From Lama glama (Eukaryota), in assembly GCA_028534125.1 (NCBI GenBank), contig CM052818.1:35590001-35654000 (forward strand): a stretch of DNA of 64,000 bases, given 5' to 3'. Both the position numbers and the translations under genes were made by a program. The notes beneath the pieces were generated by a model. The model did no database searches. It was not told where the DNA came from and saw nothing but the letters and a program-made list of their open reading frames with translations. This document shows, one piece after another, positions 23,340-36,592 of the stretch (positions are counted from its first letter, which is position 1; each line of letters opens with the position of its first letter).

Positions 23340-26300
23340 CCTTCTAAAGATACATAAGATGAGTATTGTTACTGATGTTTGCCTCAAAATAATCTGGAGA
23401 AGGAGGTGGGTATAGATGAAACGAGGCTGGCCACAGGGTAATGTTGCTGAAGCTGGGAAATGAGGCATTAGCATGTTGTGTGATTCTCTCTACTGTCATA
23501 ATGCATGAATTTTGTCACATAAATTATTCCAGAGTACATAAGATGAAACAAAGCCTCCAAACTTTTTTAATGAAGCAAGTATAAAATTAAAATTTAAACC
23601 AGGTAAAGTCCTCACAAAATTAATTAATTTATTGTTATGTTACTTAAGAATATTACTTAATTCCAGTATTACTTAAGGACATGGATGCAAAAATTCTCAA
23701 AATTTTACCTTACAGAATTTGGCAAAATACAACAAAAGTAAACGTGTTACCTTTGACCCAGTAACTCCACTTTTTAAGAAATTTATCCTGAAGACACACT
23801 GACAACAATATGAAAATACATAAATGCTCATAAATATATTGATTGGAAAAACATGGCATAGCCACACAATGGAGTACTGAACTATGTAACTGTTAAAAAA
23901 AAATGAGTATGATCTTTGTGAGCTAAAATGGGGTACTTTCCAGGATAAACTGTTAAGTAAAAAAAGCAAAGTTCAAAAGAACACACATAGAGAGTTACCT
24001 TATGTGTAATAAAGAAGGAGAAATATGAAAAAATATATATATAACTGCTTACTTTTTATAAAAAGCAACACAAGAAGGAATAAACAAGAATCTAATATGA
24101 TTGGCTGCCCACAGGAGCTAGGAGAGAAGTGATAGAGGATTGAGATAGGGAGTGGAAGTGACACGAGTATACCAATTTGTATCGTGTTACTTTTGAAACT
24201 ACATTAATGTTTTACATATTCAAAAAATTAATAAAGTCAATGGTAATGAAGGGGGGAAAACTAAAATAAAGTACAAACATAAACAAATGAACTTAATTGT
24301 ATTTTAAATGAAAACCATAACAGAACCAAAGAGGACAATAAAAAAATTAACTCAATTAACTTTTGAACATAACACTTAATACTCTGTGAAACTATATGAC
24401 AAACTATATTTGTCAGTTTAAGACAAAAATAGCTATAAACAAATATTGAACTCTAGTTCAAAGAGTTTCTGTTTTTTGACATAGTAGGGGTTAACAATTC
24501 TGAAACTGCTTCCTCTGTATTTTAAGATTGAGCAAATGAATAAATATACTGAGGATGAGAGCCAGGTTTCTTACTGTTAAAGAAGGGAGTAATAACTATG
24601 AAAGGGGGCAGACTAAAATGAATCCTGCTGTGCTAAAATGGATTGGGGATATCAATATGAACTAGATTTTAACATATGGATTTATTGTCCATATATTATG
24701 CATAGATGCATGTATGTATGCATATGTTTTTGGTTTTGTTTTTTGCTTAATCAACTGAAACAGCCCAGAGTAAAGACACTCCAGTAGCAAGAACACCTGC
24801 AGCACCCAGATCTTGGTTTCTAAATACGATTCTCTACTAAAAGGACCTAGGAAACCTGGGCTCATTGTTGTGCTGGAAAGCAGGGGAGTGCTAAAAAAAC
24901 AAAACAAAACAAAAACGGGGGGGTAACATAACAAAGTGATATAACAGCCAGCTTCAAAATAAATAATAGTAGTAGTAGAATATTCATGGAGTAAAATAAG
25001 AATAAATGAGTCCATTCTGTTATAAATTAATAAATTAATGAATGAGAAAGGAAAGCTCTCACTTATGGTAGACTATTAATAAATGTAGGAGAAAAGATGA
25101 AGTTTGAAAATTATCATTTTGCACACATCATAGTAATATCTCTTCAGCCATGAGTCATCATTGTATTCTTAAAACTTCGTGGATGAAAGTTCAATGAAGA
25201 AAGGACAGTTATATAATCTCAAAGTATCCCCTTACAAATTACTTATTACAAAGCGAAAACATCACTTAACTGTGAATTAACTTAGTGAACACTACCTTAT
25301 ACCTCAACCAACTAAAGTTTATATCATTAATAAATGGAATATATTTACAACACCAATCTTCTGATAATGCCCTTAAGAGGACATAATGTCTTTCCTGTGG
25401 TATTTCAACTAAACATAACTGAATCTATTCATAGGAATCCACCAAACACAAATTGAGGGATATTCTAAAAATAATTTCAGATAAAAGAACGCTGAAGGTA
25501 TATGACAACTAAATGATGCTGGATTAGACTCCAGACCAGGGGTAAAGAACATAGTTATAGAGAATACTACTGGAATAAATGGTGAAATGTGAATAAGGAT
25601 TGTGAATTAGTTCAAAGTTTCCCAAATGTTCTTGGTTCAAGGTGCCCTTAGTGTATCAATAATTTTTTCATGGTGTTCCTTGGCCAAAAACAAATCTAGT
25701 TCCAAACAAATTATTAAATATTTATGCCCGAGCAATTTAGTTGCCATTTGAAAAAAATAATATACATAAATTGAAAGAAAAAATGTTATTTTTATTTCAT
25801 TCTTAAATAACCACAATTACTTACTAATGGGATTTATACAGCTGTTGTGCACTGCATAACTTCTCAAACCTTGGAATCAGATTGGACAAGACCACCCTCA
25901 TTTCCTGTTCTACACTGATTTTTGCCCTGTACTTTTTATCACAAACACGGAAAAAACCCAGCTTTCTATATATGACATATCCAAGTAATATGGCGCCATC
26001 TATTGTTCAAATAGTAAATAACCTCGAGTAAGTAGTTTTGAATAGTTTTGCTTGCCTTGAGAATTTAGAATGTAAAATATCGCACAAATATGGGGCACCT
26101 CGTGCACAGCTTGAGAACCACGGGATTAGATAATAGTGTATCAATGGTACTTTTCCTCATTTTGATAAATATACTGTTGCTATGTAAGAGAAAGTCCTTG
26201 TTCTTAGGAAATGTATGTTGAAGTACTTATGGATAAAGAAAGATGTCTGCAAACTACTCTCAAATGATTCAGAAAAAGGAAAGTGTGTACATTTGTGTAT

Positions 26301-26660
26301 GTAAAAAATGTTAACAATGAGTCTGGATAAAAGGTATACAACATCTTCCCCCTACTATTCTTGAAATTTTTGAAATTATTTCAAAATAAAGATTTCTGAA
26401 AGATGCAATATAATACTACATTTCAAGGTGTATATATATATGTAGTGAAACAATTTGTAAATGTCTGGAAATTAAAAGCACCAATTCATACAGTTGCAAT
26501 GTTTTGTAGAGCTGAAAGAGGGATGTACATTTGGGGAAAATTACAATATCAGGGATATTTTATTTCTTAAGGTAGGTGATGGATACACAGATATTCATTA
26601 CATTATTCGTTACACCTTTAAGTAAGTCCAACATATTTCACAATTTATTTTAAAGGATAT
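23340..26660 (+). mobile_element. Cluster of old L1 (L1MC/MD/ME-like) 3' fragments
   Basis: A-rich degenerate L1 3'UTR motifs throughout, interrupted by a DNA transposon. Confidence 0.65.
25613..26121. mobile_element. hAT-Charlie-like DNA transposon inside L1
   Basis: Imperfect TIRs caaagtttcccaaa / ttgagaaccacg; similar 8-mers on each flank (gaattagt / ggattaga); L1 sequence resumes afterwards. Confidence 0.55.
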
Positions 26661-27658
26661 GTAGAATCTTTCTTAATATGTAAAACAACAAAACATGAGT
26701 AAATGAAAGCATATAGCTGCTGTTTATTGGGGATTACCATGTAATTCATGTGCATTATCTCCTGTAAACCTTACCACCACCATATGGCCATGTCATGGCA
26801 ACATAATGTAGAAGAGGGCTGACTCCAGAGCTCATGCTCCTAACCCCTATACCATATCCTCCAGCTCCATACACAGCTATTTCATGTTTCTCTTTCTTCT
26901 TTTTATCTTAGGCTAGGAAAGAAAGCTAACTAACTTTCTTGCTTTTTCAATTTCAAACTAATTTAACACACCTAATAAACAATATGGCTATACATATTCA
27001 AACCTTGAAAACATCAATATGAAAAAATGGTAAGAAATTTTCATCTCCAGCATGTTTTACTGCTCTTATGCTCAATAGTATTATACCTAACTGATCTTTA
27101 GAAGAGTTGACATTTTGCAATTATTCTTCCACAACACCAGTTCTATTACAGGGTCAAAGGTGAACTATCAAAGAAACAGATGTCTATTGATTTATCAAAT
27201 CATACTGAGAGCTCAGCATCTGGAAAATCAGTATAAATCCAATTCTTTTATGCTTTAAATTATCAAAATTCTGACCAGGACTTATATTTCATCTTTGTAA
27301 AGAATTTTAAGAGCTTTACTGACTAAGTTATATTACCTGTTGATTATGAAAACACTCCGAAGTAAGCTTTTTTTAAAAACAGCATTTAAGGTTTTAAAAT
27401 TAAAAAGCTTGAAAATCTAATTTAAATAACTAATACAAAATTTGGAGCCTTTATTCACTATCTTCCTGCAATGTATTCCTTTTAAGATGTTTAAAGCTAT
27501 GTGAGAACAGAATCAATGCTACCTTCGTCCTTGAAATTTACTAGGAAATTGGCAGCCATTCTTTTTCGGGGCACTAAATAATCATTTGTCAAGTTCTATT
27601 TAGTTTCTGAAACTAAAAATATTGACTCAAAAAGTTATTTTCTCTCGGATTGATTTTT

Positions 27659-28158
27659 NNNNNNNNNNNNNNNNNNNNNNNNNNNNNNNNNNNNNNNNNN
27701 NNNNNNNNNNNNNNNNNNNNNNNNNNNNNNNNNNNNNNNNNNNNNNNNNNNNNNNNNNNNNNNNNNNNNNNNNNNNNNNNNNNNNNNNNNNNNNNNNNNN
27801 NNNNNNNNNNNNNNNNNNNNNNNNNNNNNNNNNNNNNNNNNNNNNNNNNNNNNNNNNNNNNNNNNNNNNNNNNNNNNNNNNNNNNNNNNNNNNNNNNNNN
27901 NNNNNNNNNNNNNNNNNNNNNNNNNNNNNNNNNNNNNNNNNNNNNNNNNNNNNNNNNNNNNNNNNNNNNNNNNNNNNNNNNNNNNNNNNNNNNNNNNNNN
28001 NNNNNNNNNNNNNNNNNNNNNNNNNNNNNNNNNNNNNNNNNNNNNNNNNNNNNNNNNNNNNNNNNNNNNNNNNNNNNNNNNNNNNNNNNNNNNNNNNNNN
28101 NNNNNNNNNNNNNNNNNNNNNNNNNNNNNNNNNNNNNNNNNNNNNNNNNNNNNNNNNN
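27659..28158. other. Assembly gap (500 N), probably hiding DNAJC27 exon 1 and promoter
   Basis: Exactly 500 N. The P-loop-encoding first exon was not seen elsewhere. Confidence 0.9.
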
Positions 28159-29039
28159 CGTTTCTGCGTTCTGGGTGACCTGTCCAGCATTTAGAAGTGG
28201 AGAATAAAAGTTTAGTTACCCCCAGGAGGGCTTCAGAGCAGAAGGGAACTCCCGGGGGTGCATGTGAGGATGGGGTTTATAAGGTGTTACTCTGCCGACA
28301 TGGAGCCCAGAATCTACATTTCATTTGTAAGAGAGCATAACATGCTGAGGTGTTTCACAGGGGAGGTGCAGTGGGAATCAAGGAACCTGCGTTATTTTGT
28401 TTTGTTTTTATTTCTGGTAGTGTTACCACATCCATTATCTCAAAGAAGTCTTAGTTGCACTGCCTTTTTCTATGGTGTTTCTATGGCTATCAGCTAAAGC
28501 TCTCCCATAGTATGGGGGAGGGAGGGTAAGGGGTGAACGGAGATCTTTCTCCACATGAGTTTTTAGACTGTCTCCTCTTCACCCAAATTGTCTCTCCTTC
28601 AGGGTAAGTGAAAGCTGTTGGTTAAGAACCTCCCAAGGTCACCGAATCAGTGACTGAACCAGTACTGGAACCTGGGTCTTCACATTCCCGTTGCAGCGCT
28701 CTTTCCCATCATTATATGCTGCCAAAACCAATTACAAGTGAGCTCTACAGAAGAGCTGTTAATGGGAGTTTAGGCCAGTTCTTGCACATAGTTGATGCTC
28801 AGTAAATATTTATTAGTGTCTTTTTTTTTTCCGTGTAGTATTATCTTGTACTATTTATGTGTCTGTGTGTATGTATGTAAGTATTAACATAGCTGAAAGT
28901 CAACATTTACTGAGTGTCAACTATGTGCCAGGCATTGAAAAGAAAAGAATAAAGCCTTTAGAAGGTTATGTACTAAACTGGCTAAGTGAGCATGCTCACT
29001 TTTAAAGCTTTACTGTGCTTAATGGTACAACATTAGAAA

Positions 29040-31235
29040 TAGTTTAAAATGCCCAGTGTCACAACATTTATATATTATGGTTCTAGATTGATTAACCAAT
29101 GCAGTTAGATGGGAAAGAAAGAACTTAGGAAACACTGCAAAGGAGAAAGCAAAATTATCATTATTTGTTAATGTTACGGTTGTTTATCTGGAAAGCCAAA
29201 GAGAATTAACTAAAAAGCTGTTGGAAACAATAAAAGACAAAATTAATATACAAAATTCATAGCTTTACCGTATCAAATTGTAATTGTGTAGAATTTAAAT
29301 AACACCCAAAATAAAGTGCTCAAATTAAAACTTAAGAAGAAATAGGTAGGACCTAGGACCTATTTGAAGAAACATTTCAAACTTACAAAGGGACTGCAAA
29401 TTACTTAAACAAATGGAAAGATATACTTTCCCCTTAATTAAGATCACTCAATATTTTAGAGATGTCAATTCTTTAAATTACCTACAAATGTAATTCAATT
29501 CCAGTTAAAATACCAATAGGATTTTTTTCTTCAAAACATAATAAAAGGTATTAAAGTCCTTGTGAAAAATTAAATGTGAGACTAGCCAAGAAAATTGTGA
29601 AAAAGAAATGAGAGGAGACTAACACTACCAGACGTTAAAACATCTTTGAAAGTTATCAAGCTTTTCCTATTGATACTGGAAAGGAAATAGAGAGACATCA
29701 GTGGAACAGAATGGAGTTAAGAAATAAACTCAAACATATAAGGAAATTCAGTTTACAACAAATACAGTAAAACTGTGGGAAAGTAAAGGCCATTTAATAA
29801 GTGCTTTTGCAACAACTATTTACTATTTGAGAATGAAGTGGACTCCTATTGAATTCCTTTCTCAAAAATAAATTTTAGAAGATAAAAGATTTAAATGTAA
29901 TTTAAAAAAATTTGCCTTAGTTATGAAAGTGCTACATATGCATTTTTAAAGAATTTGGAAAATATAGGAAGATATACAGATAAACAATCTTAAGTTAAAA
30001 ACTAAGGTATGCCCTAGTAAATAATCCTTGGATCAAAGAGTAAATCAAAGCAAATGCAAAATAACTAAAAAGCTGTGAAAAGGAGAGAATCCATGCCAAA
30101 TAGCTTCAGGGCAAATTTAAAGCTATAGTGAAAGGAAAATGTATTATTTTTTTCATTTCCAAAAAAGAGAGATAAAAACTAAAGGAATTTAATAGTTGTA
30201 CAACTTTGTGAATATGCTTGGAACCACTGAATTATATGCCTTAAAAGTGTGAATATTATGGTATGGTATATCTCAGTTTTAAAAAGTGAAGGAACTTAAT
30301 ACTTGAGACAATAGAAAAAAGGACACAAAATAGACCAAAAGAAAGAGAGAATTCCCTGGGAAAATTAATGAAAAAGAAAAAAATGCCTAAAAATTTATTT
30401 AAGAAAAATAGAGAAAGCAAAAAATTACAAGATTAGTACTGAAAAGGAGACATAATCATATACTGGAAGAAATTAAAGCAAAGATTAGAGAATATTGCAT
30501 TCTGTTCTATGGGAACAGATTTCAAAATACAGAGGAAATGGAGAATTTCCTAGCAAAATGTGAATTACCAAAATTGACTTAAAAAGAAGTAGGAAACCCA
30601 ACAGCCAGTCACATAGGGAATTAGAAAAACAATGAAAAGATTTACTATCTAAAAAGGTAGTAAGCTTAATTTAAGCCTTAAATAACACATAATTTTGATT
30701 ACTTAAATTAGTCCAATGCGAAGGAAAAGATGAACAGCACTCCAGTTTATTTATTTAAAGTCAGGGTAACTTAAATAGCAAAACTTGATACAGTATCAAA
30801 AAAGAAAAGTATATACCATTTTCACATATACATAGAGTTGTAAAATTTCTAAATATCCACAAATAGAATTCAGCAATATATCAAAAAGATTTCACTGTTA
30901 GAAAGTAGGATTTATCCCAGGAATGCAAACTTGGTTCAACATCAAGAAATTAATCAACATAATTTGTTACATGAACTGATTATGAGAGAAAATATTTCTC
31001 TGTACTGTAAAAAATATTTGATATAATCAACCTACTAAACACTAAAAGTGAAATTGGAACAAAATGAAACCACTTAAATATGAAAAATAATATTTATTAG
31101 TAACAAACAGCAATCATTAAACCAATAGTAAAATGCTAAGGGCCATTTCCTTTAAAATTGGTACAAAAAGGATACATACTACTTTCTCTTATGATTCAGC
31201 ATTGTTTTAGAGGTTCTGGAGATGCAGTAAGAAAA
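29040..31235 (+). mobile_element. Degenerate L1M ORF2 fragments (DNAJC27 intron 1)
   Basis: Remnants of KLSLFADDMIVYLENPK (~29150), GFIPGMQ.WFNI (~30910) and FNIVLEVL (~31195). Confidence 0.75.
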
Positions 31236-32255
31236 AGGGGATTCCTAAGGGCTTATTCCTTTCTTGGAGGAATGCTGAAATTTCTCTGTGGTATTTGTTT
31301 ATATCCAATTCAGTTTTCTGTGTTGGCATCAGTTTACCCCAGAGCCCCAACCTAGTTCTCAGCGTCCTCTAGGATCTGATCCTGATGTTCTTATCGTTGT
31401 CTCTTCATAGCAGCCAACTCCGAAAATTGCCCTCATTCTAGATTTCCAGTTATATTAAATATTTTCCTGTTGTATCAGTTGAGTTGATTTTTCTTATTTG
31501 CAGTCAAAAGTACCCACATCATTCAGTATTGTATATATTTCTCTGGAGTTTGTTTTTTCTCTTTTAAACATAGATTATGTAATTCCTCCCATCTGACATA
31601 GCTCCACTCGCTCTTTTTCATGGTTGTGTAATAGTCCATGAGATGCAACTATCCCCTCTATTGATGAGAATTCACTTGTTTCTTTTTTTCCCTACTACAA
31701 ATAGTGTTGATCTAAGTACATTTCTGTATGTATAAATATCCTTAAATACCAGTACTCTAATTTCTATGGACTAAATTCCTAGGGGTGAACTTGCTGAGTT
31801 GAAGAGCACATTTAAAAATTTTAGTAGCTATTGCCAATTGCTCTTCAAAAAGGAGTGTTTCTACCCACAATATGCTGGTATTTTTCCCCCCAAATCCCTG
31901 CCAACACAGTATTGTCATTCTTTTGATTACTACTAATCTGAATAGTGAGAAGTAATTTCATTATTACTTTAATTTGCATTTCACTGACCGCAGATGAAGT
32001 TGAGCATCTTTTCAAATGCTTGTTAGACTTCTGGATTTTCTTTTCTGTGGATTGCCCAGTTTATAGTCCCTATCCATTTTTCTGTTGAGTGATGTCTCTT
32101 TCATACCTGTTTTTCTGGTTTGGGGGCATTAGAGTTACTGACTTTTTGCCTGTCATATGAGCTACAAATATTTGCCCCAGTATATTGTCTTTTAATGCTT
32201 TTATATTTTACCTTACAATTGCTTTTATTATTTGTATATACTCAATTGTGCCTAT

Positions 32256-32771
32256 CTTTTTTATTGAAATATAGTTGACGTACAATATTATGTTAGTTCC
32301 GGGTGTATTACATAATGATTTGACATTTGCATACAGTATGAAGTGATCACCAGGACAAGTCTAGTACCCATCTGTCCCCATGCAAAGTTATTACAATATT
32401 ATTGATCATATTCCTTATGCTGTATAGTGTTTCCTAGTGTCTTATTTATTTTATAGCTCAAAGTTTGTACCTCTTAATCCCCTTCACCTATATGATTTAC
32501 CCACCCTCTCCACTCTGGCAACCACCCATGTGTTCTCTGCATCTATGAATCTGTTTTCATTTTGTTTTGTTTGTTTGTTTTGTTTTTTAGATTCCATATA
32601 TAAGTGAGATCAAATGGTATTTATCTTTCTTTGTCTTATTTCACTTAGCATAATACTTTAGATTTATTCATATTTTTGCAAGTGGCAAGATTTCATCTTT
32701 TTTAAATAGCTTAGTAACACTTCATTGTGCGTGTGTGTGTGTATCTATATGTATGATGTGTATATATAGAT

Positions 32772-32803
<32 letters not shown>

Positions 32804-33882
32804 CACACCTTCCTTATCCATTTGTCTATGGATGGACAGTTAGGTTGCTTCCATATCTTGGCCATTATAAATAATACTGCAGTCAACACTGGGGTGCATG
32901 TATCTTTTTGCATTAGTGTTTTTGTTTCTTCAGGTAAACATCCAGAAGTGAAATGGCTGAATCATATGGCAGTTCTATTTTTATTTTGGAGGAAAACGTC
33001 CATATGGTTTTCCATTGTGGCTACACAAATTTACAATTCCACCAACATTGCAGGAGGTTCCCTTTTCTCCACATCCTTTCCAACACTTGTTATTTGTTGT
33101 CTTTTTGGTGGTAGCCTTCTGGCAAATGTAAGATGATATCTCATTATGGTTTTGATTTGCATTTCCCTGATGGTTTATGATGTTGAACATCTTTTTCATG
33201 TGCCTGTTGGCCATCTGTATGTCTTCTTTGGAAAAATGTCTATTCAGGTCCTTTGCCAATTTTTTAATTGGGTTGTTGTTTTATTTTGTTTTTTTGATGT
33301 TGAGTTGTCTGAGTTCTTTGTATATTTTAGATATTAACTCTTTTATATTGTTTGCAAATATCTATTCCCAGTCATTTGGATGCCTTTTCATTTGTTGATA
33401 GATTCTTTCTCTGTACAAAAGTTTTTTAGGTTGATGTAGCCCCATTTGTTTACTTTGCTTTTGTTTCTCTTGCCTGAGGAGACTTATCCAAAAAATTTTT
33501 ACTAAGACTGATGTCAGAGAGCATACTGCTTATGTTTTCTTTCTAGGAGTTTTATGGTTTCTGGGCTTACATTTAAGTCTAATCCATTTTGAGTTTATTT
33601 TTGTATGTACTGTGGGAAAGTAGTCCAGTTGATTCTTTCGCATGTAGTTGTCCCATTTCCCCAACACTGTTCATTGAAGAGGCTGTTCTTGCCTCTTTGT
33701 CGTTGATTAATTGACCATGCAAGTGTGGGTTTATTTCTGGGCTCTCTATTCTGTTCCTTTGATATATGTGTCTTTTCTTGTGCCAATATCATACTGTTTT
33801 GATTACTGTCATTTTGTAGTATAGTTTGAAATCAGGGATTGTGATACCTCCAGCTTTGTTCTTTTTCAGGATTACTTTGGCT
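32256..33882 (-). mobile_element. L1 3' portion (ORF2 C-terminus plus 3'UTR), 5'-truncated
   Basis: Minus ORFs AKDLNRHFSKEDIQMANRHMK and QKDTCTPVLTAVLFIMAKIWKQPNCPS are L1 ORF2. T-rich tail at ~32256; internal (CA)n at ~32772-32800. Confidence 0.92.
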
Positions 33883-33947
33883 ATATTTGCCTTTTTTTTT
33901 TTAAAATAATTCTTGTAATCTTTATCTTAATGTATTTTTAAATTTTT

Positions 33948-34028
33948 TTAATGGTGATACTGGGGATTGAACCTAGGACCACCTGTATGCTAAGCATGTG
34001 CTCTACTGCTGAGCTATTCCCCAACCCC
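33948..34028 (-). mobile_element. tRNA-Ala-derived SINE (Vic-1 type)
   Basis: tactggggattgaacctaggacc...gctaagcatgtgctctactgctgagcta. Confidence 0.85.
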
Positions 34029-34237
34029 TATGTTTGTCTTTTCTTTTATGGTTTCTGGGTTTTCTTTCTAGTTGAGAAGTTTTCCCTAAGGTTGTACGTA
34101 TGTTGCACATTTTCCTCTGAAATTTTTATTGTTTTATTTTTAAATACTTAATCATAAATTTATCTGTGATTTATTTTTGTATATAGGGAAGTTAAGGGCC
34201 CAGTTACTAAATAAATCATTTTTACTCATTGACTTTA

Positions 34238-34475
34238 CTTTTTGTCTTTTGTGCATTCTTTTTTTATTGAAGTATAGTCAGTGTACAATGTTGTGTCAAT
34301 TTCTGGTATGCAGCATAATGTTTCGGTCATACATATACATACACATATTCATTTTCATTATAGGTTACTACAAGATATTCAATATAGTTCCCTGTGCAAC
34401 ACAGTAGAAACTTGTTGCTTATGTATTTTATATATAGCAGTTAGTATCTGAAAATTTCGAACCCCCACTATGGAG
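34238..34475 (-). mobile_element. Young lineage-specific L1 3' end
   Basis: ttttattgaagtatagtcagtgtacaatg..., same family as 11727-11835 and 62974-63223; possible TSD tgacttta. Confidence 0.8.
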
Positions 34476-35329
34476 TGACTTTAAATATCACCTTAGTCAC
34501 TTTTTAAATTTCCTTTTATAATGTGGTCTATTTCTGAGCTCTCTGTTCTGTTTTACTGACCTACTTGTCTATTCTTATGTCGGTATAATACTGTCTCAAT
34601 TGGCTTCAGACTATATTTTATTATCTGTCAACGCAAATTCCCACCTCTTTCTACTGCCCTGCCCCTTTCCTGTTTTTCATACTTTGATTAGTTCTTCTCA
34701 GATAGCTGTTCTTTCATATGAAATTTAGAATAATTCTGTTAGGGAAAAAAAGATGCGAAGTTGTTAAGATTTTACTTGGAACTGCATTAAAAAAGAAAAA
34801 TGCCTTAAAAATCTATTTCCTTAAAAGTAGAGAAAGCAAAAAAATTCTCTCTATATTTATGTTATTTAACTTAGCTTGTAAGATCCTACGGCCTAGGAAC
34901 CCTTTGGTTATAGCAAGTGGTTATTTATACTGTTAATTAATTGTGTATCTCTTTAAATACTTAGGACTAGTGTTTGAATAGTGTACTGGAGTTAAAGGAC
35001 TTCCAGGTCCCTTAATCTTATGAATAATTTAGAAAAGGCTGTGTTTATTTTTTCTAGAATATTGTGAGAGAAAACATTCTCAAAGTGCTTTCAAGCTGTT
35101 TTTAAAAGTGTAGCCTCCTAGCAGTAGTCACTCCAAAGAAGTTTTTCCTTCAGTTCACAATGACTTATTAAGTACTTTTTAAAGTAGTTGTCCTATTTAA
35201 CTAGATTGAGGTTCATCAGGAAAGGGTTTGAGCAGAATAAGCTTCATTACCAGCACTTCCAGTAAATTATGTTTCATGAGTGCTAAGAATTGCTATTAAT
35301 ATACAAGTCATTTTAAATTGGTTTCTCAC

Positions 35330-36300
35330 TGACACTGAATTGCTCAGATATAAAGGAGTGAAATACTGGTGCTTGCCCTCAATTAGTTTACTGTCTAGCT
35401 GAAGAGAGAAGGTAAATATACACATGTGAAAAGAACAACAAGGCAGTGTATGACTGATGGCAAATATGTTATATGCTATGTATATAGTACATATACATAT
35501 GTAGTATGTAAAAAGTGCTAGAGGAGTTCAGATGTAGGCAACATCTCTTATGACCTGGGTGCTCCAGGTTTGTGCTGGGCCTTAAAGGATAAGTAAGATT
35601 TGGAAAGAAAAGAGAAAGCTCATTCCAAGTAGACAGAAAAGTCATGAGAAGAATCAGGAAGTCAGGCCTGGGAATTTGGCAGAAATGGAGGCTTTGTGTA
35701 GAAGGATTTTGACAGAGAAGACAGATTAGGGCCATTTTATGGAGGGATGTGAATAAGGACAAAGGAGTTTGGATATTGAACTCTTGGCAGTGAGAAACCA
35801 CTGAAGATTTTTGAGCTAGGAAAGTGAAATAACATTAGTGGTGTGCTGTACTGATTGAAGTTGAGAGGGAAAGGAAGCATGAAGACCAATAAAGAATTTC
35901 CTAGAGTTGTGTGGGAGTAGATGATGAAGACCTAAACCACAGTGGTATCAATAGGAATTGAAATGAGGTGAAAGATGGAAGAAACATTCAAAAGAAGATT
36001 TTAAAAGACTCAAATCAAACGTGACTTTAATATTTTAATCCTCTGTAATTGGGAAAATGGGGGCATTATTAACAGAACTAGGATGTCATCAGGATGAGCT
36101 GTTTTTATGTATAACACTAGTTCATGTTTTGGACAAGGTAAATCTGAGGAACAGTGGGGCAGCTAAGTAGAAATTAGTATAGTAGGTATTTGGAGATGTG
36201 GCTCTGGTCTTGGAGGAAGGGCAAGCTAGACAGATGTTTTGGTGTTATTAATGAAAGAATTAAAGAAAAGAGAACAAGGACTGAGAAGTAAACTAAAAAC
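35330..36300 (-). mobile_element. L2 LINE fragment
   Basis: Degenerate L2 motifs (aaggagtttggatattgaactc; ccactgaagatttttgagc). Confidence 0.6.
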
Positions 36301-36509
36301 ATACCCATATTTGGTATTAGAGGAAGAATTTAAAAATAATTTTTCTTTAAAAACTTCACCTTTAGTATCATTTCAACTATCTTATAGTTTTGGCTTCTGA
36401 AAAAGCTTTCTCATAGTGATGAATGAAGAAACCATAATGAAGAAATTCGCTTATTTTGTATATGTTCCTAGAGTGTTTTTACTAAAAGCATATATTTTTA
36501 CCTTTTTAG

Positions 36510-36592
36510 AGCTGTATTATAAAGCGATACTGTGAGAAAAGATTTGTGTCTAAATACCTTGCAACAATCGGAATTGACTATGGAGTCACAAA
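36510..36592 (+). CDS. DNAJC27: DNAJC27 coding exon 2 (83 nt)
   Basis: tttttag|AGCTGTATT...GTCACAAA|gtgagt; encodes SCIIKRYCEKRFVSKYLATIGIDYGVT(K), including switch I TIGIDY. Confidence 0.96.

Noticed and set aside
1..27658. EFR3B exons (also ADCY3 exons at the right end of the window)
   Set aside because: These are syntenic neighbours in human, but I recognised no coding exon of either in this window.
32722..33792. Several 60-130 aa ORFs on both strands
   Set aside because: Broken L1 ORF2 and its antisense frames.
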